DNA of 64,000 nt, taken from the NCBI GenBank assembly GCA_040880465.1, contig JBBDIK010000013.1, positions 9,339 through 73,338 on the forward strand, given 5' to 3'. The position numbers and the translations under genes were made by a program. Below, piece by piece: positions 1 to 9,690 of the stretch. How positions within the stretch are numbered: the first letter of the stretch is position 1; the number at the start of each line of letters is the position of its first letter. Origin of the DNA: Actinomycetota bacterium (GTDB lineage Bacteria; Actinomycetota; UBA4738; JBBDHU01). The notes beneath the pieces are model-generated. The model did no database searches. It was not told where the DNA came from and saw only the letters and a program-made list of their open reading frames with translations.

Positions 1-697
1 CGGGCGCGACGCGGAAGATCGTCTCGTCGAACAGCGCCATGACCGCGCGGACCTCGTCGAGCGGGGTCGGCCGCTGGGGACGGAGCTGGTCGGTCTTCCA
101 GAGCGTCGCGACCTCCTCCAGGAGCCGGCGTTCGATCTCGTCCTCCTCGGGCCGGGAGAGGCGCGGGTCGTCCAGGCGGGCGATAAGGCCGGCGATCCGC
201 TCGACGGCCTCGACCACCGCGCGACGGCGCGCTTCGGTGGGATGGGCGGTCAGTACCGGGGTGATCTCGAGGCGCTCGAGCAGGGCGGTGAGCCCCGCCT
301 CTCCCTCCCATTCGCGCACGGCGGCGACCGCCGATGCGATCGATTCGTGCAGCGGGACCTCGTCGCGACCGGTCTCGCGGAGGTCGTGGATGCGGTGATG
401 CTCCTCGGCGAGGTTGATCAGTTGGAAGTAGAGCGTGAACGCCCGGGCGACCGCTTCCGCATGCTCGAGGTCGAACGAGGCCACGATATCCACGACCTCC
501 GCGCGCCGCTGGGGCGTGGGTTCCTCGCGGAGCGCGATCGTCGCGGCGCGGAGCCGTTCGACGTCGGCGACCAGGCCGGGTTCGGCGTCCTCACGCAGCA
601 CGCGGAACAGGACCGACTCGAGCAGGCGGACCTCACGACGCAGCAGCGTCGGCAGATCGCGTTCGGGCGATGGGGTTGGGGGAGCCTGGGCCTCCAT
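1..697 (-). CDS. ppc: phosphoenolpyruvate carboxylase, N-terminal part (gene continues beyond left edge)
   Basis: My own reverse translation from the ATG at 697-695 gives MEAQAPPTPSPERDLPTLLRREVRLLESVLFRVL...LEITPVLTAHPTEARRRAVVEAV. VLTAHPTE is the classic PEPC motif. It is absent from the ORF track because no stop lies inside the window. Confidence 0.8.
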   Translation of the reverse strand, partial: MEAQAPPTPSPERDLPTLLRREVRLLESVLFRVLREDAEPGLVADVERLRAATIALREEPTPQRRAEVVDIVASFDLEHAEAVARAFTLYFQLINLAEEHHRIHDLRETGRDEVPLHESIASAVAAVREWEGEAGLTALLERLEITPVLTAHPTEARRRAVVEAVERIAGLIARLDDPRLSRPEEDEIERRLLEEVATLWKTDQLRPQRPTPLDEVRAVMALFDETIFRVAP

Positions 698-726
698 CCG
701 CATATCCTATGCGGCGGGGCTCGTCG

Positions 727-2805
727 CTACTTCGCTTCCTTCGCGGCCTTGGCCTCGGCGATGATCTTGTCCGCGAGGTGCGTTGGGACCTCTTCGTAGC
801 GCGCGAACCGCATCGTGAACGCTCCGCGGCCCCCGGTCATGGATCGGAGGTCGATCGAGTACCGTGCGACCTCCGCCTGCGGCACCATCGCCATGATCCG
901 TTGCTTGCCGCCGGCCATCGGCTCCATCCCGCCGATCTTGCCGCGCTTCGAGTTCAGGTCACCCATGATGTCCCCGGTGTAGGCGTCGGGAACGACGACT
1001 TCGAGTTCGACGATGGGTTCCAAGAGGGCGACGCCCGCCTGCTGGGCGGCCTCCCTGAGGGCCATCGACCCGGCGATCTGGAAGGCGATGTCGGACGAGT
1101 CGACGGAGTGGAACTTGCCGTCCACCAGCCGGCACCGCACGTCGACCATGGGGTTGCCGGACAGGGCGCCCTCGGACATCGCCTTGATGACTCCCTTCTC
1201 GACGGACGGGATGAACTGGCTGGGGATGGCACCCCCGAAGATCTTGTTCACGAACTCGAACTGGTCGCCGCGGGGGAGCGGGTCGAGTTCGATCTCGCAC
1301 ACCGCATACTGACCGTGGCCGCCGGACTGCTTGACGTGTCGGCCCTGGGCCTTCCCCGGGCCACGGATCGTCTCGCGGTACGCGATCTTGGCGGGGTGGT
1401 GGGTGACCGCGACGCCGTTGCGCTTCATGCGCTCGATCATGACGTCCAGATGGGCTTCACCCATGCCGTACATCACGGTCTCGTGCGTCTCCTCCGAGCG
1501 TTCGACCCGGAAGGTCGGGTCCTCCTCGCGCAGCTTCGTGAGCGCCGTCGAGAGCTTGTCCTCGTCGCCCTTGGTCTTCGGCTCGATCGCGTACGCGAGG
1601 AGTGGCTCGGGGAGATCTGCCGGGGGCAGCATCACCGGAGCGTCCTTCGGCGAGAACGTGTCGCCGGTGTTGGTGTGCTGCAGCTTGGCCACCGCGCCGA
1701 TGTCGCCCGCGGGGACCGCCGACACGGACTCGTGTTCCTTGCCGACCAGCGTGAAGAGCTGGCCGACGCGTTCGTCCTGATGCTTGGATGCATTGTGGAC
1801 CGAGCCGTCGGGCCGGAGCGTTCCCGAGAACACTCGGAACATCGTGATGTGGCCCACGAACGGGTCCGAGACCGACTTGAACACCAACGCCGTCAGCGGA
1901 CCCGTTGGGTCGCACGCGAGCTCTTGCTCCTCGCCGGCCTTGGTCGTCACGGTCACCGGACCCCGCTCCAGCGGAGACGGGAACTCCTCGACGATGAAAT
2001 CGAGCAACCGGTCGACGCCGATCGGTGCGGCCGCGGCACCGACGAACACCGGAGCGATGGCCCCGGAGGCGAACCCGGCCTTCACGCCGACGGCGATGTC
2101 GTGCTCGGAGAGCTCGCCATCCTCGAGGTAGCGCTCGATCAGTGCGTCGTCCGACTCGGCGACGGCCTCCATGAGGTGCTCGCGAGCCGGGCCGGCCATG
2201 GCGGCGAGATCGTCGGGCCAGTCGCCCTCTTCGGCCTTCGGGCCGCTCGGGTACAGGTCCGCCTTCTTGTGGAGGAGGTCTGCGACTCCCTTGAACCCGG
2301 CTTCCTCGCCGATCGGCAGTTCGACCGGTGCGACCTGCTTGCCGAACGAATCGACGAGCTGTTCGAGCGTGCGCTCGAACGAGGCGCGTTCGCGGTCCAT
2401 CTTGTTCACGAAGATCGCCCGGGGGAGGCCGGCCTCCGCCGCGAGTTCCCACGCGACCTCGGTCTGCACTTCAACCCCGTCGACGGCCGAGACCATGATC
2501 AACACGGCGTCCGCGGCGCGGACCGCCGTTCGCAGGTCGCCGATGAAGTCGGCGTAGCCCGGGGCATCGAGGACGTTGATCTTGGTCCCGTTCCATTCCA
2601 CGGGGGCCATCGCCAGCGAGACGCTGATGCCCTTCTTGGTCTCCTCGGGTTGGAAATCCGAGACGGTGTTGCCGTCCTCCACCCTGCCCATCCGGTTCGT
2701 CGCGCCTGCGGTGAAGAGCATCGCTTCCAGCAGGGTGGTCTTGCCGGACCCGCCGTGGCCGGCGACGAGGACGTTGCGGATCTGGGAGGCCTCGTAGTTG
2801 TTCAT
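727..2805 (-). CDS. elongation factor G-like GTPase (EF-G paralog)
   Basis: 692 aa ORF. Translational GTPase motifs are present: GHGGSGKTT (atypical G1), DAPGYADF and NKMD, followed by EF-G domains II-V. The G1 differs from the canonical AHxDxGKTT, which suggests the EF-G-like paralog rather than fusA. Confidence 0.85.
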   Translation of the reverse strand: MNNYEASQIRNVLVAGHGGSGKTTLLEAMLFTAGATNRMGRVEDGNTVSDFQPEETKKGISVSLAMAPVEWNGTKINVLDAPGYADFIGDLRTAVRAADAVLIMVSAVDGVEVQTEVAWELAAEAGLPRAIFVNKMDRERASFERTLEQLVDSFGKQVAPVELPIGEEAGFKGVADLLHKKADLYPSGPKAEEGDWPDDLAAMAGPAREHLMEAVAESDDALIERYLEDGELSEHDIAVGVKAGFASGAIAPVFVGAAAAPIGVDRLLDFIVEEFPSPLERGPVTVTTKAGEEQELACDPTGPLTALVFKSVSDPFVGHITMFRVFSGTLRPDGSVHNASKHQDERVGQLFTLVGKEHESVSAVPAGDIGAVAKLQHTNTGDTFSPKDAPVMLPPADLPEPLLAYAIEPKTKGDEDKLSTALTKLREEDPTFRVERSEETHETVMYGMGEAHLDVMIERMKRNGVAVTHHPAKIAYRETIRGPGKAQGRHVKQSGGHGQYAVCEIELDPLPRGDQFEFVNKIFGGAIPSQFIPSVEKGVIKAMSEGALSGNPMVDVRCRLVDGKFHSVDSSDIAFQIAGSMALREAAQQAGVALLEPIVELEVVVPDAYTGDIMGDLNSKRGKIGGMEPMAGGKQRIMAMVPQAEVARYSIDLRSMTGGRGAFTMRFARYEEVPTHLADKIIAEAKAAKEAK

Positions 2806-2908
2806 CGCGTGGTCGGTATCCTACCCCGCGTCGCGGACCGGGTTCGAGCCCGTCGGCGACCGCCGACCGCGTTCCTGCGTCCCGCTCGCCGGTGATACCC
2901 TCGGCGAC

Positions 2909-3409
2909 GTGACCCTGCCCCGGTCGTTGCTCGCGGCGGTGATCGCCGGCGCGTTCCTCGCCATCGCCGCGACGACCGCGTTGGTGCTCACGGGCTGGTC
3001 CGTGTGGGCCGGCGTCGCGTCGTCACTGGCCACCGTCCTGCTGGTGGGGTCGGTCTGGGCGGCGGGTGGCCGCAGGGTCGCGGGGTTCCTCAGCGCGGTC
3101 GCCGATCGCGCGTACGACGCAGCGGTCCTCTCCTCGCTCGCGTGGGTCCTCCGTGATGCCGTTCCGCAGGCCTCGCTGGCCGCGCTGCTCACGTTGGCCG
3201 GTGGGTTCCTCGGGGCCTACGTCGTGTCTCGAGGGCGCGCGCTCGGGTTCGCGGCGCCAACGGTTCCATGGGAACGGGGCCTCCGATGCGCGCTCGTGTC
3301 CGTCGCGCTGCTCACGGGATCGATGTTGCCGCTCTGGGCGGCCGCGGCGTTCGCGCTCGCCATCGCGCTGTCGCGCGCGTTCATCGTGCCGAGGGGAGCC
3401 GCGGCGTGA
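2909..3409 (+). CDS. polytopic membrane protein in the pgsA (PI synthase) position; CDP-alcohol phosphatidyltransferase signature not intact
   Basis: Hydrophobic ORF. I chose the GTG at 2909 because the TTG at 2798 would overlap the divergent EF-G-like start. Its stop overlaps the next start (GTGA at 3406). Only the distal ..ADRAYD.. part resembles the Gx3Dx3D motif. Confidence 0.5.
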   Translation: MTLPRSLLAAVIAGAFLAIAATTALVLTGWSVWAGVASSLATVLLVGSVWAAGGRRVAGFLSAVADRAYDAAVLSSLAWVLRDAVPQASLAALLTLAGGFLGAYVVSRGRALGFAAPTVPWERGLRCALVSVALLTGSMLPLWAAAAFALAIALSRAFIVPRGAAA

Positions 3410-4311
3410 GCGACGCGCGGGAGGGGACGTCCGAGACATGGAAGCAGAAGGTCGCGTACTACTCGTACGCGAGCCTGGGGATGCTGGCGCGCGTTCCGCC
3501 CCGCCCGGTGGCCCGATCGTTGTTCCGCAACGGTTCGCGGCTCGCGCATGCGACGCTGCGGGGCTCGCGGCGGATCGTCGCAGAGAACCTGTCCCACGTC
3601 CTCGGCCTGCCCCCGGACTCGGAGCAGGTCCGCGCTGCGGTCGCAGAGGCCTTCCAGCTCTACGGCCGGTATTGGGTGGATGCCTTCCGCGCGGTCGACG
3701 AACCCGTCGACTGGTTCATGCGGCGGTTCCGGCTCGAGGGGAAGGAGCATCTCGACCGTGCTCTGGCAGCGGGAAACGGCCTCGTCGGAGCCGTTCCGCA
3801 CATCGGGAACTGGGACACCACCGGCCGCGGGCTGTTCGAACTCGGCTACAAGATCGTCGCCGTCGCGGAAGCGCTCGAGCCGCCGAGGCTCCTCGACCTG
3901 TTCATCGAACACCGGGCGCGTCTCGGCATGAAGGTGATCCCGCTGGTCAAAGGGTCCGGGGTCGGCCGTCAGCTCGCCGACCACCTGAAGGACAACTACA
4001 TCGTCTGCTTGGTGGCCGATCGTGACCTGTCGGGGAGCGGCATCGAGGTGGAGATGTTCGGCGCGACGCGCCGCATGCCGCCTGGACCCGCGATGCTGGC
4101 ACTGCGGACGGGCGCCCCTCTTCTGATCTGTCCTTTGTACACGACTGAGGACGGGTGGGTGATGCAGGTGAACCCACCGCTGGAGATCGAACGGACCGGC
4201 GACGACCGGGCCGATGTGATCGCCGCCACGAAGGAGGTCGCGAAGGGGTTCGAGCGGGCGATCGCCGCCAAGCCGACGGACTGGCACATGTTCCAGCCGG
4301 CGTGGCCGTGA
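3406..4311 (+). CDS. LpxL/HtrB-family lipid acyltransferase (PIM acyltransferase PatA-like)
   Basis: GTG at 3406 overlaps the upstream stop. Contains the HIGNWD (Hx4D) acyltransferase motif. Sits immediately upstream of the pimA-like gene, as in the mycobacterial pgsA1-patA-pimA operon. Confidence 0.8.
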   Translation: MSDAREGTSETWKQKVAYYSYASLGMLARVPPRPVARSLFRNGSRLAHATLRGSRRIVAENLSHVLGLPPDSEQVRAAVAEAFQLYGRYWVDAFRAVDEPVDWFMRRFRLEGKEHLDRALAAGNGLVGAVPHIGNWDTTGRGLFELGYKIVAVAEALEPPRLLDLFIEHRARLGMKVIPLVKGSGVGRQLADHLKDNYIVCLVADRDLSGSGIEVEMFGATRRMPPGPAMLALRTGAPLLICPLYTTEDGWVMQVNPPLEIERTGDDRADVIAATKEVAKGFERAIAAKPTDWHMFQPAWP

Positions 4312-5432
4312 GGATCCTGCTCGTCTGTCCATACGCGTGGGAGGCGCCGGGTGGGGTCCAGGTGCACGTCCGGGGTCTCGCCGGCCATCTCCGTCGTCGC
4401 GGACATCAGGTCGCGGTCATCACGCCGGGCGCCCGAGCCGCGCACGAGCCCTGGGTCCGGGTCGTCGCGCGGCCGATCCGGGTGCCGTACCGCGGGACCG
4501 TGGCACCGATCGGCCTCTCGCCGGCCTCGTTCGCGCGCGTCAGGACGGCGATCCGCGGGTTCGCGCCCGACGTCGTGCACGTCCATGAGCCCTTTCTGCC
4601 CAGCACCTCGATGTACGCCACCATGGCTTCGCCGGTTCCGGTCGTCGCCACGTTCCACGCGTTCGCGGAGGGATCCCGGCTGCTCGAGGTCGCCGCCCCG
4701 TTCGTTCGACCCGTCTGGCGTCGCATCGCCCGTCCGCTCGCCGTCTCGGAGGCGGCGGCGTCCTACGTTTCGGGTCCGTTCCGGCCCCGTCCCGAGATCG
4801 TGCCCAACGGTGTCGACGTGAACGCGTTCGCTGATGCGGAGCCCGACCCCGGGCTGCCTGCTGGCCCGAAGCTGCTGTGGGTGAACCGGCTCGATCCCCA
4901 GAAGGGGTTCCCGGTCGCCATCCGCGCGTTCGCCGTGATCGCGGAGGAGTTCGACGATCTGCTGTTCGTCGTCGCCGGTGACGGCGCCGACCGAGGCTCG
5001 ATCGACGCGCTGGCCCCGGATGTGCGAGCGAGGGTCATGATGCTCGGCAACGTTCCCCACGAGCGCCTCCCCGGGGTCTTCGCCGCAAGCGACGTATTCG
5101 TGTCGCCGGCGGCGGGGCAGGAGAGCTTCGGAGTCGTGCTGGTCGAGGCGATGGCGGCCGGGCTACCGGTGGTCGCGACCGACATCCCCGGGTACCGCGA
5201 GGTCGTCCGTGACGGCGTCGAGGGTCTGCTGGTCCGGCCCGGGGATGCGGGCGCGCTGGCGGAGGCCGCGGGTGCCCTGCTGCGGAACCCGGGTCGGGCC
5301 GAGAAGCTCCGCAGGGTGGGGCGAGCCACTGCCGGGGCCTTCTCATGGGAGGTCGTCGGGGCGCGGATCGAGGCGATCTATGAGGAGCTGGTGGCTGCGG
5401 CGGGGGACCGTCGGACGGTCCCTGGTCGGTAA
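4308..5432 (+). CDS. pimA: GT4 glycosyltransferase, phosphatidylinositol mannosyltransferase PimA-like
   Basis: Starts VRILLVCPYAWEAPGGVQVHVRGLAGHLRRRGHQV, a typical PimA N-terminus. The C-terminal half carries a GT4 E-x7-E region (ESFGVVLVEAMAAG). GTGA overlap with the upstream gene. Confidence 0.8.
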   Translation: MRILLVCPYAWEAPGGVQVHVRGLAGHLRRRGHQVAVITPGARAAHEPWVRVVARPIRVPYRGTVAPIGLSPASFARVRTAIRGFAPDVVHVHEPFLPSTSMYATMASPVPVVATFHAFAEGSRLLEVAAPFVRPVWRRIARPLAVSEAAASYVSGPFRPRPEIVPNGVDVNAFADAEPDPGLPAGPKLLWVNRLDPQKGFPVAIRAFAVIAEEFDDLLFVVAGDGADRGSIDALAPDVRARVMMLGNVPHERLPGVFAASDVFVSPAAGQESFGVVLVEAMAAGLPVVATDIPGYREVVRDGVEGLLVRPGDAGALAEAAGALLRNPGRAEKLRRVGRATAGAFSWEVVGARIEAIYEELVAAAGDRRTVPGR

Positions 5433-5435
5433 GAT
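5430..5435 (+). promoter_or_regulatory. candidate -10 box (TAAGAT) exactly 6 nt upstream of the lemA ATG; implies a leaderless mRNA
   Basis: Sequence reads TAAGAT-gggccc-ATG with no Shine-Dalgarno. The hexamer overlaps the pimA stop codon. Confidence 0.3.
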
Positions 5436-5441
5436 GGGCCC

Positions 5442-5999
5442 ATGTCGGCCCTGTGGATCGTCGTTGCCCTCGTCGTCATCGCGGTGGCCGCCGCGATCCT
5501 GCTCTTCAACCGCCTGGTGTCCCTGCGCAACCGCGTCGACAACGGCTGGTCGCAGATCGATGTGCAGCTCCGCCGCCGGTACGACCTGATCCCGAATCTC
5601 GTCGAGACGGTGAAGGGCTACGCGTCGCACGAGCGGACCCTCTTCGAGGAGGTCACGAAGGCCCGGGCGGCGGCCGAATCCGCCACCAACGTCGAGGGTC
5701 AGGCACAGGCGGAGAACCAGGTGACCACCGGCCTGCGGCAACTGCTCGCAGTTGCCGAGAACTACCCGGACCTGAAGGCCAACCAGAACTTCCTAGCGCT
5801 CCAGGAGGAACTGACGGCGACCGAATCGAAGATCGCGTACGCGCGCCAGTTCTACAACGACCAGGTGATGCGGCTCAACACCGCCATCCAGTCGTTCCCA
5901 TCGAACGTGATCGCGGGGATCTTCCACTTCACGGCCCGCGAGTTCTTCGAGATCGACGATCCGGCGGCGCGCGGGCCGGTCTCGGTGTCGACAGCGTAG
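5442..5999 (+). CDS. lemA: LemA family membrane protein
   Basis: N-terminal TM helix followed by [42 protein letters not shown], a typical LemA sequence. Paired with htpX downstream. Confidence 0.9.
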   Translation: MSALWIVVALVVIAVAAAILLFNRLVSLRNRVDNGWSQIDVQLRRRYDLIPNLVETVKGYASHERTLFEEVTKARAAAESATNVEGQAQAENQVTTGLRQLLAVAENYPDLKANQNFLALQEELTATESKIAYARQFYNDQVMRLNTAIQSFPSNVIAGIFHFTAREFFEIDDPAARGPVSVSTA

Positions 6000-6045
6000 G
6001 CCGGGATCGAACCAAGGCCGAAGGCCGTGTGAGCGAGGGCTAGCC

Positions 6046-6951
6046 GTGTACGAACAGATCTCGAGCAACAAACGCAAGACGGTCCTGCTCGTGGCGGGCG
6101 CGTTCGTGGTGCTGGGTGCCCTCGGCTTCGCGCTCGGCTACGTGTTCGCCTCGCCGCAGGAAGCCGTCGTGTGGATGGTGATCGGGCTCGCCATCGCCGG
6201 CATCCAGTCATTCTTCTCGCTCCGGTACGGCGACAAGCTGGTCCTCGCGTCGACACGAGCGAGGCCGGTGTCGCACGAGGAGGCCCCACAGCTCCACAAT
6301 GTCGTCGAGGGGATGGCTATCGCCGCCGGGCTGCCGAAGCCCGCCGTCTACATCGTGCCGGAGCAGGCCCCGAACGCGTACGCGACCGGTCGCGATCCGG
6401 AGCATTCGTCGATCGCCGTTACCCAAGGGTTGCTCGAGGTGATGAACCGGGTGGAACTCGAAGGGGTCATCGCCCACGAGATGTCGCACATCCAGGACCG
6501 GGACATGTTGGTGGGGACGGTCGTGGCGACGCTGGTCGGGGCCGTCGTCCTGATCTCCGAGTTCTTCCTCCGGTGGATGTGGATCGGGGGTCGTCGTTCG
6601 AGCAATGACAGCGGCGGGAGCGCCGGCCTGATCTTCGCGGTCATCGGGATCCTGCTCTTGGTGCTGGCTCCGGTCCTGTCGGCGATCGTCCAGGCGGCGG
6701 TCAGCCGCCAGCGGGAGAAGCTCGCGGACGCGAACGGGGCCCTGCTCACGCGCTACCCCCCGGGACTGGTGGCCGCGCTCAAGAAACTGGCCATCAGCTC
6801 CACGGCGATGCGCTCAGCCAACAACGCCACCGCCCACCTCTGGCTGAACCAGCCCTCGCGCTTCCAAGGCGAGAAGACGGGATTCCTGGAGCGCCTGTTC
6901 AACACGCATCCGCCGCTGGAGGAGCGCATCAGACTCTTGGAGGAAATGTAA
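6046..6951 (+). CDS. htpX: M48 family zinc metalloprotease HtpX
   Basis: HEMSHI (HExxH) motif, four TM segments, and a C-terminal THPPLEERI motif. Confidence 0.9.
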   Translation: MYEQISSNKRKTVLLVAGAFVVLGALGFALGYVFASPQEAVVWMVIGLAIAGIQSFFSLRYGDKLVLASTRARPVSHEEAPQLHNVVEGMAIAAGLPKPAVYIVPEQAPNAYATGRDPEHSSIAVTQGLLEVMNRVELEGVIAHEMSHIQDRDMLVGTVVATLVGAVVLISEFFLRWMWIGGRRSSNDSGGSAGLIFAVIGILLLVLAPVLSAIVQAAVSRQREKLADANGALLTRYPPGLVAALKKLAISSTAMRSANNATAHLWLNQPSRFQGEKTGFLERLFNTHPPLEERIRLLEEM

Positions 6952-7054
6952 CGATGGTTGAGGCTCCTTCCCCCTGCCGTTAGCATCGCGTTCGGCTCCG
7001 CCGGAGTCGAACCACCGCCCGGTGCCGGGCGGATCACGCTTGGAGGTAGGTCGC

Positions 7055-8116
7055 GTGGCGCTCACCCGCCGAGGGAAGCTCTTCACGTTCATCGGGATCG
7101 GTGTTGCCCTGGTGGTCGGCGTCCTGGTCGTGATGTCCGCTTTCGGGAAGGGACCCCTGCCCAAGAACCCCCTCACCGGGATCGCAGGAGGATCCCCGCC
7201 ACCGGACCCCGGATGTCCGCTGACGGGAGCCCCACCGCCCGACGGCGAGATCCCAGACCGGCCCGCTCTGGCGATCAAGGTCGAGAACCTTCCCGAGGCC
7301 CGTCCGCAGTACGGACTCGAGACCGCCGACATCATCTTCGAAGAGCCGGTCGAGGGTGGCGTCACCCGGTTCATCGTCGTCTACCAATGCCAGGACTCCG
7401 ACCGCGTTGAGCCGGTCCGAAGTGCCCGCACTACCGACCCCGCGTTCCTTGTGCAGTTCGGGCAGCCGCTGTTCGCCTACGCGAACGCGGCCGCCTACGT
7501 GATGAAGGCGGTCGGGAAGGTGGCCGCGATCACCGACCTGAACTGGCGCAAGTACGGCAGCGCGTACCACGAGGACCCCCAGCGGGAGGCGCCGCATCAC
7601 CTCTACACGAGCACCGAGGAGCTGTACAAGCTCGGCGAACGCAAGAACGATACCGGGGCGCCGGAGCCCGTCTTCCTCTACGAGGAAGCGTTCCCCGATG
7701 TTGCGGCCAAACCTGCGAAACAGATCCACCTCGAGTTCTCGGCCGACTACGCGGACGTGTTCTGGAAATACCGGGGTGGCGAGTACGTTCGCTCCCACGG
7801 TCGCGAGAAGCACACGATCGCCGGCGGCGGCCAGGTCCGGGCGGACAACGTCTTGGTTCAGATCGTGAAACTGGACTACTCAGGCCGGGAAGACTCGACG
7901 GGGGCCAAGGTGCCGGAGGTCGTCGCGACGGGGAAGGGCAAGGCCTACCTGTTCCGGGACGGAAAGGTCATCCAGGGGACGTGGGAGCGCAGGTACGCGA
8001 AGACCGGGATCACCCGGTTCAGGACGAAGACCGGGGAGAAGTTCCAGTTCCGCCTGAAGCCCGGCGTGACGTGGGTCGAGCTGTACCCGTCGAGCGCGCC
8101 GAAGATCGAGTACTAG
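7055..8116 (+). CDS. DUF3048-family secreted or membrane-anchored protein
   Basis: GGAGG at 7042-7046 lies 8 nt before the GTG at 7055. N-terminal TM anchor. IKVENLPEARPQYGLETADIIFEEPVEGGVTRF is characteristic of DUF3048 (YerB-like) proteins. Confidence 0.75.
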   Translation: MALTRRGKLFTFIGIGVALVVGVLVVMSAFGKGPLPKNPLTGIAGGSPPPDPGCPLTGAPPPDGEIPDRPALAIKVENLPEARPQYGLETADIIFEEPVEGGVTRFIVVYQCQDSDRVEPVRSARTTDPAFLVQFGQPLFAYANAAAYVMKAVGKVAAITDLNWRKYGSAYHEDPQREAPHHLYTSTEELYKLGERKNDTGAPEPVFLYEEAFPDVAAKPAKQIHLEFSADYADVFWKYRGGEYVRSHGREKHTIAGGGQVRADNVLVQIVKLDYSGREDSTGAKVPEVVATGKGKAYLFRDGKVIQGTWERRYAKTGITRFRTKTGEKFQFRLKPGVTWVELYPSSAPKIEY

Positions 8117-8193
8117 CCTCCGTGACGCCCGGCCGTGCCGGCCGGACCGCGTGCCCGTCCGGCGCCTCCCCGAACCTGCAGCGGGACCTTGAG

Positions 8194-8199
8194 TAGACT
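8194..8199 (+). promoter_or_regulatory. candidate -10 box (TAGACT) 6 nt upstream of the pdxS ATG; implies a leaderless mRNA
   Basis: Sequence reads TAGACT-gggcgc-ATG with no Shine-Dalgarno. Confidence 0.3.
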
Positions 8200-8205
8200 G
8201 GGCGC

Positions 8206-9117
8206 ATGAGCCTCGAGGAGGGATCCAACGTGGAGCGCGAAACCGGGACGTTCCGGGTGAAATCAGGATTGGCGGAGATGCTCAAGGGCGGCGTCATCAT
8301 GGACGTCACCGACGCCGACCAGGCCAAGATCGCCGAGGACGCCGGTGCGTGCGCCGTCATGGCCCTCGAACGCGTGCCGGCCGACATCCGCCGTGACGGC
8401 GGGGTCGCCCGCATGTCGGACGCCAACAAGATCGATGAGATCATCGCCGCCGTGAGCATCCCGGTGATGGCCAAGGCGCGGATCGGCCACTTCGTGGAGG
8501 CACAGATCCTGCAGGCGCTCGGGGTGGATTACGTGGACGAATCCGAAGTCCTCACCCCGGCGGACGAGGAGTACCACGTCGATAAGTGGGCGTTCACGGT
8601 GCCGTTCGTGTGCGGAGCCCGGAACCTGGGCGAGGCGCTGCGGCGGATCGCCGAAGGCGCCGCGATGATCCGCACCAAGGGGGAGGCGGGGACGGGCAAT
8701 GTCGTGGAGGCAGTGCGGCACCAGCGCACGATGCTCCGCGAGATCAGCGAACTGACTACGCTCCGGCCGGAGCAGTACGTGAGCAAGGCCAAGGAGCATG
8801 GCGCTCCTGTTGAGTTGGTGAGGCTGGTCGCACAGACCGGCTCCCTGCCGCTCGTGAACTTCGCTGCCGGCGGGCTCGCGACACCCGCGGATGCGGCACT
8901 CATGATGCAGCTCGGCGTCGACGGCGTGTTCGTCGGTTCGGGGATCTTCAAGTCCGAAGACCCAGCGCCACGCGCACGCGCGATCGTCGAGGCGACCACC
9001 AACTTCAACGATCCCGACATCCTCGCGAAGATCTCGCACGGGCTCGGCGAGCCGATGCCCGGTCTGGAGATCAGTCAGATCGGCCAAGAGAACCTGCTCC
9101 AGAACCGCGGCTGGTAG
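8206..9117 (+). CDS. pdxS: pyridoxal 5'-phosphate synthase, lyase subunit PdxS
   Basis: [15 protein letters not shown]...[22 protein letters not shown]...[18 protein letters not shown], highly conserved PdxS sequence. Confidence 0.95.
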   Translation: MSLEEGSNVERETGTFRVKSGLAEMLKGGVIMDVTDADQAKIAEDAGACAVMALERVPADIRRDGGVARMSDANKIDEIIAAVSIPVMAKARIGHFVEAQILQALGVDYVDESEVLTPADEEYHVDKWAFTVPFVCGARNLGEALRRIAEGAAMIRTKGEAGTGNVVEAVRHQRTMLREISELTTLRPEQYVSKAKEHGAPVELVRLVAQTGSLPLVNFAAGGLATPADAALMMQLGVDGVFVGSGIFKSEDPAPRARAIVEATTNFNDPDILAKISHGLGEPMPGLEISQIGQENLLQNRGW

Positions 9118-9129
9118 CCGCGGCCGGAC

Positions 9130-9687
9130 ATGAAGGCCGGAGTCCTCGCGCTGCAAGGTGATTTCCGCGAGCATTCGCTGGTCCTGGACGACGCGGGAGC
9201 GACGCCCGTCGAGGTTCGCGCCGTCGAGCACCTCGCCGACGTCGACTGCCTCGTGATCCCCGGCGGAGAGTCGACCACGATCTCCAAGCTCGCCCACATC
9301 GCAGGTCTCGTCGAGCCGATCCGGGAACGAGCGGCCGCGGGCATGCCGATCTTCGGGACGTGCGCGGGGATGATCGTGATGGCCGAGCGGGTCCTCGACG
9401 GCGAGCCGCTGCTCGGACTGGTCGACATCACCGTCCGCCGGAACGCGTACGGCCGCCAGGTGGATTCGTTCGAGGCCGACGTTCCGGTCGACGGGATCGA
9501 GGATCCGATCCGGGCGGTGTTCATCCGCGCGCCCTGGGTCGAGGAGGTCGGCGCCTGCGTCACGGTGCTTGCCGAACTGGAGGGGCGCCCGGTCGCGCTG
9601 GAACAAGGGAACCTGCTCGTGGCATCCTTCCATCCGGAGATCGTGCGCGAACAGCGGCTCCACGAGTACTTCCTGGAGAAGGTGTAG
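9130..9687 (+). CDS. pdxT: pyridoxal 5'-phosphate synthase, glutaminase subunit PdxT
   Basis: GVLALQGDFREH...LVIPGGESTT...FGTCAGMI...SFHPE, a class I glutamine amidotransferase of PdxT type. Confidence 0.95.
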   Translation: MKAGVLALQGDFREHSLVLDDAGATPVEVRAVEHLADVDCLVIPGGESTTISKLAHIAGLVEPIRERAAAGMPIFGTCAGMIVMAERVLDGEPLLGLVDITVRRNAYGRQVDSFEADVPVDGIEDPIRAVFIRAPWVEEVGACVTVLAELEGRPVALEQGNLLVASFHPEIVREQRLHEYFLEKV

Positions 9688-9690
9688 CTG

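Noticed and set aside
2841-2853. GGTTCGAGCCCGT in the EF-G-like / pgsA-like divergent intergenic region, which looks like a tRNA T-loop (GGTTCGA) and so a possible tRNA gene or att-site remnant.
   Set aside because: The flanking bases do not form a 5-bp T-stem (CCGGG versus CCGTC). The only possible acceptor-like pairing spans about 52 nt, too short for a tRNA. No anticodon or D arm can be drawn.
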